This document shows positions 24,697-35,916 of a DNA stretch of 47,634 nucleotides, in pieces. Both the position numbers and the translations under genes were made by a program. Position 1 is the stretch's first letter; every line of letters begins with the position of its first letter. The notes below the pieces were generated by a model. The model searched no databases. It was not told where the DNA came from and worked only from the letters and a program-made list of their open reading frames with translations. This DNA comes from Hydrurus foetidus (taxonomy: Eukaryota), in NCBI GenBank assembly GCA_900617105.1, contig UYFQ01000217.1, positions 1-47,634 of the forward strand, given 5' to 3'.

Positions 24697-25490
24697 AGTA
24701 AACAGGCATGAAGAAAGATGAGACTTGCGTCAAAAAAATTGTGAATAAAAATTCGTCACGTTGCGGTGAATTTTAGCCTAGTTAATCTTACGTAGTAGTG
24801 AACTTATTAACTTCAATGTGTTTGATGTCTAACGAGCACGTACATTCGATGTCACCAGAAAGCAGAACACCAGTGAATAAGTGTAACGCAGCGGGTGTGC
24901 TCAGTAGATGTGGACTGTGGACTTTATGTTACTGTAATGACGTCAAATAAAGATCAAACAAATTCCCCTTTCTTTTCTGCAGGGTAAACGCAGCTGATAG
25001 ACGAGTATACAAATTTTAAATACAGTTGATGTACTAATTTAAAAACATGAAACATAACCCAGACATCTGAAGTCATGACCAACCAATTCTAATGAATCTA
25101 TTACAGACATTTTCACCTAGAGCTCGATGCAATCAAAACCTAAGCTACTAAGAGGCAGAATGATAAATAGGAGTGGAACGGTACAGTACAGAATAGGACA
25201 GAGATACACATAGTAACAAGAGTCACTCGCATCTCTGATATCCAAAACACTGTCTGTGGATGAGAAAAGGGGAAGGAGATGAGACATTAGTAAGTGTTGC
25301 GAAGAAATTACCTGTAATTCTATTTAGCGAGAGAATGAAGGTGTTGGAGGAATGTGTTCATTGAATGACCTTCTCACCTGCTGTGAGAGGACATAATGGT
25401 GCACAGGTCACAGTGCAGTGACCTGAGAAGTAGTGACAAGATCACAAGGTACGGTATGCGTTGCGCAGAACAGATCAGCGCACGCTAGGG

Positions 25491-28400
25491 CTATATGAAG
25501 GGAGCGCTGCAGTACTGTCTGTAGGCCGCTGAGCTGCACTCCACCTTTACTTCCACCTCATCTCTCTCTTTTCCTCTCTTCCCCTCCTCATCTTCATGAC
25601 GTTCATCTCTACGCACTGATGCACCTCGCAGTACTGTCGGACTCCCAGTGGAAGAGACCTCATCACAGGAGCCGAGGAGAGAGGGCAGCTGGGCGGTGTA
25701 AGGAACGCCTTCCAACGAATGGCCTACACCTATGCCTAGACCCTGTCCGCCTTCGCCCTCCTCCCCCTCGTTAGACTCTATTTCCTCGCTAGCATCATCG
25801 GAGAAGGCATCAGAAGAAGCGGAGATGGGCTGTGAGCAGCCTCTGCCTCTGGTTTGAGCGAGAGATCGGATGAAGGTAGAGTGCAAGGCACTGAAAGGAA
25901 GAGGGACAGACAGGAAGGGCACTGACGAGATATTCTCACTCTCGTCCCCGAACACTCCTAGTATGGGAGCAGCCTCTGGGGGGGTCAAGTTAGAGGAGAG
26001 GACAGAGTGCTTCTGCATCAGAATGGCAATGCTGCTGTCTTCTGCCACTGAAGGGGTGAGCTGGGCGACAGCCACAGAGAAGGCAGAGGACTCGATGGAA
26101 CTGTCGCACACTCTGGGGTACTCACAACTCGTGACTAGAGGAGAGATTAACCGGATAAGGGACGAGGAGGTACAGGAAGGAGAGAGCAGGGCAGACTCTG
26201 CCTCTGCACTCTCAACAGTCTCCGCACAGTAAGTCAAGGGCTGAGAAGGCTCAGCTTCAGGTGGACAGTACAGTCTAGTGACTCTGTCTTCATCATCGTC
26301 ATTATCGTTAGAGTGCACGATTTGTCCCTCGTCCAGTCCAAGGGCATCGAGATATTCTGCGCAATCACTGTTTATGTCCTCTGAATAATCCCCGTATCCA
26401 GATGATCCAAGGAAAGTGGTAGAAGAGTGAGAGTCAGCAGTGCTACCCTCGCTGCTTCCCACTTCCTCTCCACCACTCACACTTTCACTCACACCCACAT
26501 TTGTGTCCTTCTTATCCGACAGAGTGTCGTGTTTGTCTCCATCAGAGGATCCTAAAAGAGCCTCTGGGAGATCACCCGCCTTCACCTCCCCCTCCCCCTC
26601 CGTCTCTTCATCAATGACGATGTCCTGCCCCTTTGGCCGGAAGGGTACAGCAGCCCACTCCCTGATCGCGCTGTAGTCGATGACAGGGCGATACCAAAAG
26701 CCCAGCGCCCACTTCCTAAGTCGACTATGCGCCTGAGTACATGTGAGGGGTTAGATGAGGTAAGGTCTTAATCGAATTATAGAAGTAACTGTCATACCGC
26801 ATCACATCATGCAGAAAGTACATTATTCTCCGTAACTCACATTTTTGAAAATCTTTCTCGGTCCTTTTGCCGCCACGTCATCTCCCTGTTCCCTTTTGCG
26901 CTTCTCCTTCTCGATGTTCTCCCTCAGTCTCTTCTCCAACTCGCTCTCCACCTCCTCCCCACTCCCACTCTGCTGCTGTCCCAAGTCTGCCACCCTCTCT
27001 CTCCTCACAGGCACAGGCGGGTCGCATCCCTCTATGATATCGTGTTTCGAAGGCAAGTGCAGTCGACCAGTGACGTTGCGGAACATGTTACTCACGAATG
27101 TTCTCTGTCGCGTCACAGACTGTCTCAAATACTTGGCGAACTTCTGAATCTTGTTTCTCTTTGCACTTTTAAAGATGACGTCACCCGAAGACTTGCCGCT
27201 ATGGATATCAAAATCATTTCCCTCCCTTTGTTCTTTTCTCTCTACCTCTTTGCCCGTCCTCTCCTCCTCTGCTTGGTCCTCGTCACTGAATCCTGAGAAG
27301 GGCCTGTATCGATGTCTGTGCCTTCTGCTGTGAAGCAGATGCTGCTTCCTCGTCTTCTCCACTCTCACCGCCTCTGCCCTCTCGTACTCCTGTCTCTCCT
27401 TGAGCCTTCTCTTCTGTCGTTGCTGTTCCTCTTGCAGTAGCACTTCCGATGCGAGGGGTTTCAGGAAGGGAAGCCACTTGGGGGCTGGGCTCCATGCAGT
27501 CTGTCAAGCACAATATAGATGTAATATGATGTTAAAGAGTGCTTCAATTTAGTACGGCAGTTGCATTCATGAGAGGTGGAATGAAGATGTCATCAGATTG
27601 GTGTGACTCAGATATATCTCAACAAACGGATACAACAGTACAGCAATCAGTCAGTCTGGCAATCATTAAGTCGGTCAATGTATCAGTCAGCCTGTCAGTC
27701 AACAGATCAATCAATCAACAAATCAGTCCTTGCATTATTCAGCGTATCAGTTAGTCAGTCGCTGAGTGAATCAATTATTACTGACTGCTTTACCCCGATC
27801 CTCTCCCTCACCTGTGTGATTGCCCCCACAGCAGCGGAGGGCAATATCTGTGAGAAAAAATAGGTGTACAACTTGTTCACGATACCGGGCACCACCACAT
27901 CCCTCCCCTGCTTGAGCCCCGCATAGATGTCCAGTGCGGTGCGCTCAACAGACAAGGAACTGAATGGAGATGGAATAACAAGAAACGAGGAGGAGAAATG
28001 ACGAAGGTTAAAATATGTCATGATGATATGCAATATACTGGTAATATTCAGTGATAGAGCACAGTGATAATTCACACTGACAATATGCAGTGATAACGTA
28101 CAGTGATAACAAATAGTAAAAGACAAGGTTAAACATAGCAATACTTACAGTCCCGGTCCTCTGAATATGAGTGCATCATCTGCCCCTGCCTTCGAAGAGA
28201 AGGGGTACTGCCTGTCCTTGATGGCTCCTGGGAGGGCGAGGGTCACGAAGACTCCGTGTGATATCATCTCCCTCCTTAATGACTGTAAGTAGGAGTGAGG
28301 ATTGTAAAAGGGATGAGAGGTGCGGTGAGGAATTTTCGTATGGAGATATTCAAAATAGACAGCAGTAAAAGAAAGAGGAAAGAAAGAGAGTAAGAAAAAT

Positions 28401-31221
28401 GAAATAGACCAGTTAGTTACTCACCATTGCGAATGACTGCAAGAAAGCCTTGGTGGCCGCGTAGACAGCCACGGTAGGGCCCGGTCCGACTGAAGATAGA
28501 GATCCGATGAACAAAATACGACCCCCTGATGGTAGAAGAGGAGATGACATGACATGAGAGGAAAGGAGGTGTGATGTCATGAGGTGAGATGACATAAGAT
28601 AAGGTGTGATGATATGAGGTGCGGCACGATGGCGGAAAAAGGCAGCAAAATCGATTACTGATTGCGTCACATTACATCCAATTTCACGACTAATAACGAT
28701 GGTGAAATACGATGTCACTGCTATCGGGGTGGGTTTCATGCCCATGATAACATCCCGTCCTATCGAACATTCCAGTATCTTTCCGTCACAGCCACACCAC
28801 TAGAACGCATACACGCACACCTCTGTATCTCTACCAGTATCAGTACCTGTGCCTCTCCTGGCTATGCGAGGAGCTAGGAGTCTAGTGAGCATCACGGAAG
28901 CCTTCACGTTGAGATCAAGAGTATCCGTGAGTCCCTCTAAAGGACTAACCATGAAGGCACCTCTGACCGCACTACCCGCATTGTTCACCATAACGTCAAT
29001 CTGTATTGAATGTGGATGAACAGAACTAGATGTAAGTGACAAAAGTTGATTTAATACCGACTTTCAATTCCATTTTGAGAAAAAAATGAGCACCGAGAAA
29101 ATAGCGAAATACAGCAAGGGAGGCGCAGAGCACAGCTGACTCTAGCTGCTCAATTTTAAAAGAAAATGGACGAGGATGGAGTCGATACTGTACGGTACAA
29201 AGCGGCTGAGGAGCATTCGCACACACGCACACACAAGAGTGGAGTGCGTTGTTGAGACAGAAAAGAACCCTCAGAGGTGCAGCAACAGCTGATCGATATG
29301 AGGTGAAGAAGGCCAGAGCAACAAGAGCGTGTTGACGACAGCTGGTGATTATGCATGTGGTAGGGAATAGTGTTGTGTACCTTATCGTCTATGCCCATTC
29401 TCTTGAGCTCCTTCATGACCTCCACAGCTGACCCGGCCTCGGCCAAATCGCACGGAACTGTGACTATCTCCTGCAAGTGAGGAACGACAATCTTGGCCTT
29501 CACTTCCTCTTTCTCTACTCGATCTGACACCGCGTCCCCGTAGAATTCGTCAGATCCATAGTCCCTGTCATACACACGACTTGCTTTGTAGGATGTGGAA
29601 GAAGACAGCCTCCGCATAGTGCCCTTCGATCCTCCCCTCTGTGTGCGCTTCTGAGTAGTAGGTGGTGGTGCAGATCTTCTCTCATTTGTTGTCTGATGGA
29701 CCCCCCCTCCAGACACACGGACCGGGCCGTCTATACCCCCACGATGGGCAACAGAACCATCTAATTTGACTCTCATTCCAGCAGCAGCGCCATCATCATC
29801 ACCTCCCTGATAGCCTTCATATCCGTACGCCTGACTAGGTGCTGGTGAAGATGCAAATGGAGGTGACGGAGGGGGGGCAGTCGGAGTTGGCCGTACATCC
29901 GGCCCAGCCCCCACGGCTTCGTCTTGCTGTAACAGCGCCTTCAACTGCTCCAAACTGTCACCTTGCCTATACAACAGTGACGCATGCGGTGATATCGTGT
30001 GAAGCAGCTGAAAGATCAAGCAATCAGATAAGAACATCACTGCCAAGGAACTGTTATTCCTTCCCTCCAACTTCATAGGAAGATCAATTTTAATCAACGG
30101 ACAATCATGATTAAGCAAACCTGGATATCAGAATAAGACTGAAGCCATCGAGATATAGGAGTCGAGCCAGCTCCAATCCTATGCCACTCGACGCCCTGAT
30201 GTTGACAGAACAGAATAGAATAGAACGGTCGCATTGGGGTGAGAATGTACTTTACTCCACATGATAATACGTTAGTTTTAGTCTATGAAGGTCTGAGTAG
30301 TTTCCAAAGGAGGTAAGGATAGACCAATTGTGATGGGATATTGTTTACCCTGTGATTAGAGCGTAGGAATCTTCTTTAGCCTGAAGAGGTACCCAACTGG
30401 ATCCCGCATTGTACGTATCAGACAGCATAAAGTATCCACCTACAGTACGCACGAAGAGACAAGATAGAGAAGATTTGAGATCAGATGGTATCTAACATGT
30501 GTCCTCAATTTATAATATGTCGTAATGACACGGCAACCACAGCAAAAGCAGACTCCTGTGTATGTTGACAGAGTGTCGCTGACGCACCAATAAGAACGCT
30601 CGTCCACAGAGTTGCCTGCACGATGCTTGCACCCCTCTTTTGTAGTAATAGAAATGATAGACCCATGTATATCGGTTGAAGGTACTGCGATAGTCGATCC
30701 AGAAAGAATGGTACTGCAGTTCGTAGTATTGTAAACTGGGCGCACACAGCTGGAAGAAGGTAGATTAGCAGACCCTTGCTATCAGCAGTATTACGCTGCC
30801 ACCACTTCATAAGTACCGAAGCTTCTTTCTTGACAGTGCCCCTGCTTCCTTTGGATCTATTGGTTGCATCGCCGCTGCTTAAGTAACGAACTGAAGAAGT
30901 TGACCCAGTATCATTTTTTCCGAGAAGAGGCATAACTAGTAACCCATTACGCCATCCCTCGTCCCCCGGAGAAGGTTGGAATCCTAAATAAGATCCACCA
31001 TCCCCTCCTGGAGGAGGCTGCAATTTGTAGCCGTCTAGTCCACTAAAAGCTGTCAAGTCGATCAGAAGCTTAGGAGAGTTCCCACTTGAGGATGTGAAAA
31101 AACTCGTTATTTCCTTATGCTTTGGAAAGTTGCGGAAGAGCCGCAAAACTGATAAAGAAGACACGTGGCTGTGTTCCCAAAGAACCAGCAGGTAAAGAGT
31201 GATACGCCTCGCTGTCAACAT
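25491..31221 (-). CDS. Large multi-exon short-chain dehydrogenase/reductase (SDR) with N-terminal signal/TM region and long low-complexity extensions
   Basis: Spliced LITGASSGIGLELAR, CDLAE, IDVMVNNAG, LNVKA, GRILFIGS, YAATKAF (YxxxK), LPG, VVVPG. C-terminal exons 26823-27500 and 25491-26730 are joined by plausible GT-AG introns; 3' extent less certain. Confidence 0.75.
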
Positions 31222-31828
31222 CACATATGGTAACAGGACGTCTAGAGGAAAATCGACACCACCCGCTCACATCAGCTATCGTTGTCAGCGATCCCGTTAG
31301 AGAATTTTGTTGGACGACACGTCAGACAGTGTCCTATGGTATCAAAGGAGGATAGATGATTTACTAGAGACAGCAAGAGACGATCAAATCAATCGACAAT
31401 CCTATTGATCGATTGATTCAAATTACAAATTACGAATTGTAGGCCGTTGGAATCATGAGTTATGTTTTGAAGTACGTGCTAGTTTGCGTTTCAGGGTTGC
31501 GGTAGCGATCCCCCACGTACGTACATACATATGAAGCACTTTCGCTGTCCCTGGGTACCGCGAAATTTCAGGGTTTCTATGAAAAATTCAATCTTTCGCC
31601 GCGAAGCGGCGATTTATCGCCGCCGTGTTTTGTACGAATTCCTGGATCTTTCGCCGATATTTCGCCGATCGAAAAAAGATCTTAAAATTTCTTCTGAGGA
31701 ATGTGACGTCAACACAAATCCGCATAGGATACGATCGATTTGAGCGGCATCCTATCAACGACGACCGCCGACCATCGAATGTTTACAAACTCAAACACCA
31801 ATACAACACTACTCTCCCAGTAGAAATC

Positions 31829-32026
31829 ATGACGTCAGCTGGTCCCAGCCAGAAAGATTTGGCCCTCAACGTCGACTATCTTCAACAGTTTTTTTGGAGC
31901 CTGACGCCGCCGCAACCAGCAAGAATTTCACCTCAATCGTTTGACGAGATCATAGATGTCGGGAGAGCATCACTTCGCCGACAAGCAACAGCACAGCCAC
32001 TCGGAGACTTCGTGACCAGTAACTAA
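31829..32026 (+). CDS. Possible small second ORF inside the YR element
   Basis: ATG in AATCATGA context, 65 codons, no recognisable motif. Confidence 0.2.
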   Translation: MTSAGPSQKDLALNVDYLQQFFWSLTPPQPARISPQSFDEIIDVGRASLRRQATAQPLGDFVTSN

Positions 32027-32091
32027 ATAGACTTTAATGATGTTGGCGCAGACTTAAAGCGCTTCCTTTTACCTCAATTAATTTCGATCGT

Positions 32092-32560
32092 CGTGACTCC
32101 GCAGATAATTTCGCAAATTCTAATCGCAAATTCATTGCGATTCTAATCGCGGTCCCACAAATGGAACTTCTTCTAATCTTCACTCCATAGCCACGAAAGC
32201 ACCATCAATATGGAAGCGGTTCTCCTTTCAGCATCGTTTGAACTCAGCTACTACAGATCACTGTTACCCCGTAGATAATTTTGCATACGGCTCTGGGAAA
32301 AAAGTTCATTGCGATTCTAATCGCGGTCCCACAAATGGAACTTCTTCTAATCTTCACTCTCAGCTCCATAGCCGCGAAAGCACCATCAATATGGAAGCGG
32401 TTCTCCTTTCAGCATTGTTTGAACTCAGCTACTACAGATCACTGTTACCCCGTAGATAATTTCGCATATGGCTCTGGGAAAAAAGTTCATTGCGATTCTA
32501 ATCGCGGTCCCAAAAATGGAACTTCTTCTAATCTTCACTCTCAGCTCCATAGCCACGAAG
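32092..32560. repeat. ~2.6 tandem copies of a 181-bp unit inside the YR element
   Basis: TTCATTGCGATTCTAATCGCGGTCCCA... recurs at 32131, 32305 and 32486 with near identity. Confidence 0.95.
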
Positions 32561-32621
32561 GCATAATGACTGCGAATATTATGCAAAATGTTTTGTATTG
32601 AAATTGTAAAGTACAACAAGC

Positions 32622-32792
32622 ATCACTCACTCACTCTCCCACCCACCGATTCACAAACTCACTCACTCTTTCAATCTCTCACTTACTCACTCACTCACAC
32701 ACTCACTCACTCACACACTAACACGCTCCCGCAGTAACGCACTCACGCGCTTACCCACTTACTCTCTCACGCACTCCCTCCCTCCCTCCCTC
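32622..32792. repeat. Degenerate (TCAC)n/(TCCC)n simple repeat
   Basis: Directly visible. Confidence 0.85.
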
Positions 32793-32982
32793 AATTCATA
32801 CCGTGGCAGTGATTTCTTAGCTAACATAGAAAGTCATCAACCATCTGACCACTGCGATTCTTATCGCACTACATATTACTGGGGAACTTTCATCTGAAGA
32901 AAATGTTGATGATTTGATGCACAAGTCATTATCAAATTAATTTAAATATGGAATTGAAAAATGTAAACTAATTGGGCGAGGT

Positions 32983-35543
32983 TCAATTGCGCTTTCTCTT
33001 TAGACTCTTGCTCGATGGAGAGAGTTGAGATGCGACATTAGCATTAGAATAAGGTTCACAAGAAGCAGTCGAGGAAGAAGAGGAGGTTGATGTAAATGAT
33101 GAGGAGGAGGAGGATGATGATGATGAGGATGAAGATGATGATGAGGATGACGATGATGAGCTTTCCCCAATCTCAGAGTTGGCTACAGTTAATGGAGCTT
33201 TGACTAGGGATGCTCTGGCAAAGTACGATGCAGTGTTTGGCTTCATTTTGGCGCCCTCTTTAACCGTCTTCAGCTTTGCCAATCTACCATCCACAGCAGA
33301 AATTGTTGCAGTCAACTTAGCTCCAGCGTTCGACTTGGCGGTCTTAGCTCCGAGATATTTGATCTCATCTTCAAGTAATGATTTCATTGTTACCTCTGCC
33401 ACTGCGCGACTTACATCCTTGAGGCGGTTATGCCACACTGTCCAGTCGGTGCCGACTTTATCTGTGGATGGAGGTCTTGAGAGCAGAAATGACCTTTGCT
33501 CCTCAGTGGTATGGGTCATCATGTGATTAGCGACATTTCTGCTGCGCCCGACATCCCTGCCCAATGCTGACCATGACCGATTTTCCTTGAGGTTGTACTC
33601 ATGGTAATCAGTGAAGAAATCAGCGATACCGATGTTGCTCGTCTTCGACAGCTGATATCCGTTTCCCGCTTGTTTCAGCACAGCAACCTCCAACGCTGGA
33701 TCGAACTCTGGCCGGGATACTGCGGCTAAAGTCTTCGAAGGCATCTACATCATACAGGAGTGATTTGAGTACAGACGACTGACATGTATTAGGAGAGTGA
33801 TATCGATATTCTTACATTTTGTGGTGTCTGACTTCTCCTTGGTTGAGGTGATCGTGGTGATTGCTCTACCACGTGCTCGCGAATCAAGTGAAGAATTTCT
33901 CCAATCATTTTCCTAGATTCTTTCAATTCTGTCTGAATTGCCAGGTTCTCCGCTCGAAGGCTCAGCATTTCATGCTGTAGTGCCTATTTTGTATTGATGT
34001 CATGAATACAAATATGAATATGAATTGTGTTGATTATGTAAACAGAGTCAACACTCACCGTGTAGAAGTGAACTCCAGAATCAGCAGTTTGGCTCTGGTT
34101 TAAATGGCGTGTGGAGTTGCGCATTCTGAAGTCATTGCGTACTGAGTTACCCCAATCTGTAATTTCTCTCATTGTAATACCGAACTTACGTGCACTCAGC
34201 ACAAATAAACGGACGATAATGTGATCCATACCGTACGACGCCTGCATCTCTTCATGGTGATGCAGTAAAGATGCGAACATCGTCTTCGCAAAGTTCTTCA
34301 ATGCGCCGCATCCGGTGATACGGAAGTTCTGATCGAAAAGATCAGATATCATTTTCATGACCTTATCGTCGTTCTCAGGGGTTAGGAAGACACTCAGTCG
34401 AGGCGGAAAACACGGTGCACGTGGATTCTGGTACCCAGACAGCGCCCTCCCGGCGATGCTAATAGCTTGTGTTGTGTTCAGGAAGTACTCAAACAGTGCA
34501 CACAGAGACTCCCCCCTAGTTTTCCACCCCCCACGAGCTACAGCTACCTCGAGACCTGCACCTATAAAGAGATCAAAGTATCGTCACAGGATAAAGTTGT
34601 AGTGACGGCAATTAAATTTGATTGTGATTTCATCACCTTCAGCATTAATGATGTCGTTTACACTGCCGACGCGCAAATCTGTAGCGGTTACATCCGATGA
34701 AAGAACATCGACTGTCTTGGCCAGCTCCTTAAGCATATTGGATATAGCCTTTGTTGTACTGATACTAGCAAAACAAGGAAACACCCACGATTGTCCCCCT
34801 GATCTCGCACTGAGGTGCCTGCTACCGCCCCCAACGGCTAAGTAGCAAGCAAGACTGTGAAACTCGCAAATTTCAAAGTTTCTTGCATCCGCAAAGAAGG
34901 TCATCTGCTGAACGTCACTTGTTTTCTGCTGATTCCAGCTACTTGCTAGGAGTTCTTCATTGAAATTCCAGTATAAGTTTGACCACGTGAGTAGTCCAAC
35001 TTCTCCGCCTCTCCCAACAGCATGATAAGATGTGTTCAGGATTGCTCTTGTTTCAATTGATTTTACTGTTCCTGTGCTAAGGAGCGATTTACCGATTTCG
35101 ATAAGCGTCAATCTACCAACTCCTTTCGACTTGTCCTTAACCATCGTACCATCTGCAATACAGCGTCTCGTGATCAGTTTTGCTATGTCTGTCCTGACCT
35201 CTGTATTCCATGTTTCGTGCTGATCAAAAACTTTATTCCTTTTGTGTAAACTTTTCAATGTGTTCACAACCCCTGAAAAGTATTGATTTGCGGAGTCTCT
35301 TCTCAGTTGAAGACCGGTCTTCTCACATTTAGCCTCAGTAATCAAATATGTTCCAAATTGGCGCAACGTACTCTCATCACAAAGGACGTCCTCCCCACAC
35401 TCAGAGTAAGTGATCCCTTTCGACAGGAGAAATGCAGTATAATGATTCATGGCAGATGCCTTCCCATCGACTGTCGATTTCGCGTGGCCACCAGTGCCTG
35501 CTTCTCGATACGTTTGGCCACTAGTGCCAGTTTCGCTATGCAT
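32983..35543 (-). CDS. Tyrosine recombinase, Crypton-type, 4 exons (35543-34637, 34561-34059, 33983-33816, 33744-32983), ~779 aa
   Basis: Three GT-AG introns splice in frame with no stops. Ordered YR catalytic signature R (VGRGGE), K (QQKTS), xDLR (TDLRVGS, H replaced by D), W (ARGGW), Y (LFEYF), then AGRALSGY; coiled-coil exon 3; poly-Ser and NLS-like KRKRN tail. Confidence 0.85.
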
Positions 35544-35780
35544 AGTTTACCTCGATGACTCAAATTGTGGACTTTCTTACAGTGTCGCAGAAGAGATCTA
35601 ATCTGATCATTGATTATTCTTCACGTCACCTCTACTCGCATCACCAACATCACCCACGTCATCTCTTCGCACATGATGTTTGCTTCTGCTACAAATAAGA
35701 TCCCGGATTTTCCACGGCGAAATATTGATTTCCGGGATCGGCGAAAAATATTCAATTTTGCTGAAAATATTAGAATCTGC

Positions 35781-35836
35781 AAAATCTGCCGGTACCCGGG
35801 GACACGTCTCCCCGTACCCGGGTACCGGCAGATTTT
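35781..35836. repeat. Perfect 20-bp inverted repeat with 16-nt spacer at the right end of the YR element
   Basis: AAAATCTGCCGGTACCCGGG-gacacgtctccccgta-CCCGGGTACCGGCAGATTTT. Confidence 0.95.
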
Positions 35837-35916
35837 CAGGAGCCGGATAAGCCGTTATTTAGCGGGAAAGTCGGACGGTCGGACATCGGACACTCACTAC
35901 TCTCCATTCCTCGAAG

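Larger units (their letters stand above)
31546..35804 (-). mobile_element. Tyrosine-recombinase DNA transposon (Crypton/CryptonS-like) with terminal and subterminal inverted repeats
   Basis: Left end TGTCCCTGGGTACCGCGAAATTT vs reverse complement of right end TGTCCCCGGGTACCGGCAGATTT; TCGCCG repeats at 31595-31668 and inverted CGGCGA copies at ~35715-35743; encloses a YR gene. Confidence 0.75.

Noticed and set aside
25870..27333. Plus-strand ORFs of 60-120 aa
   Set aside because: Antisense shadows of the minus-strand coding exons.
32092..32560. CRISPR-like array
   Set aside because: Whole 181-bp units are repeated; there are no unique spacers and no cas genes.
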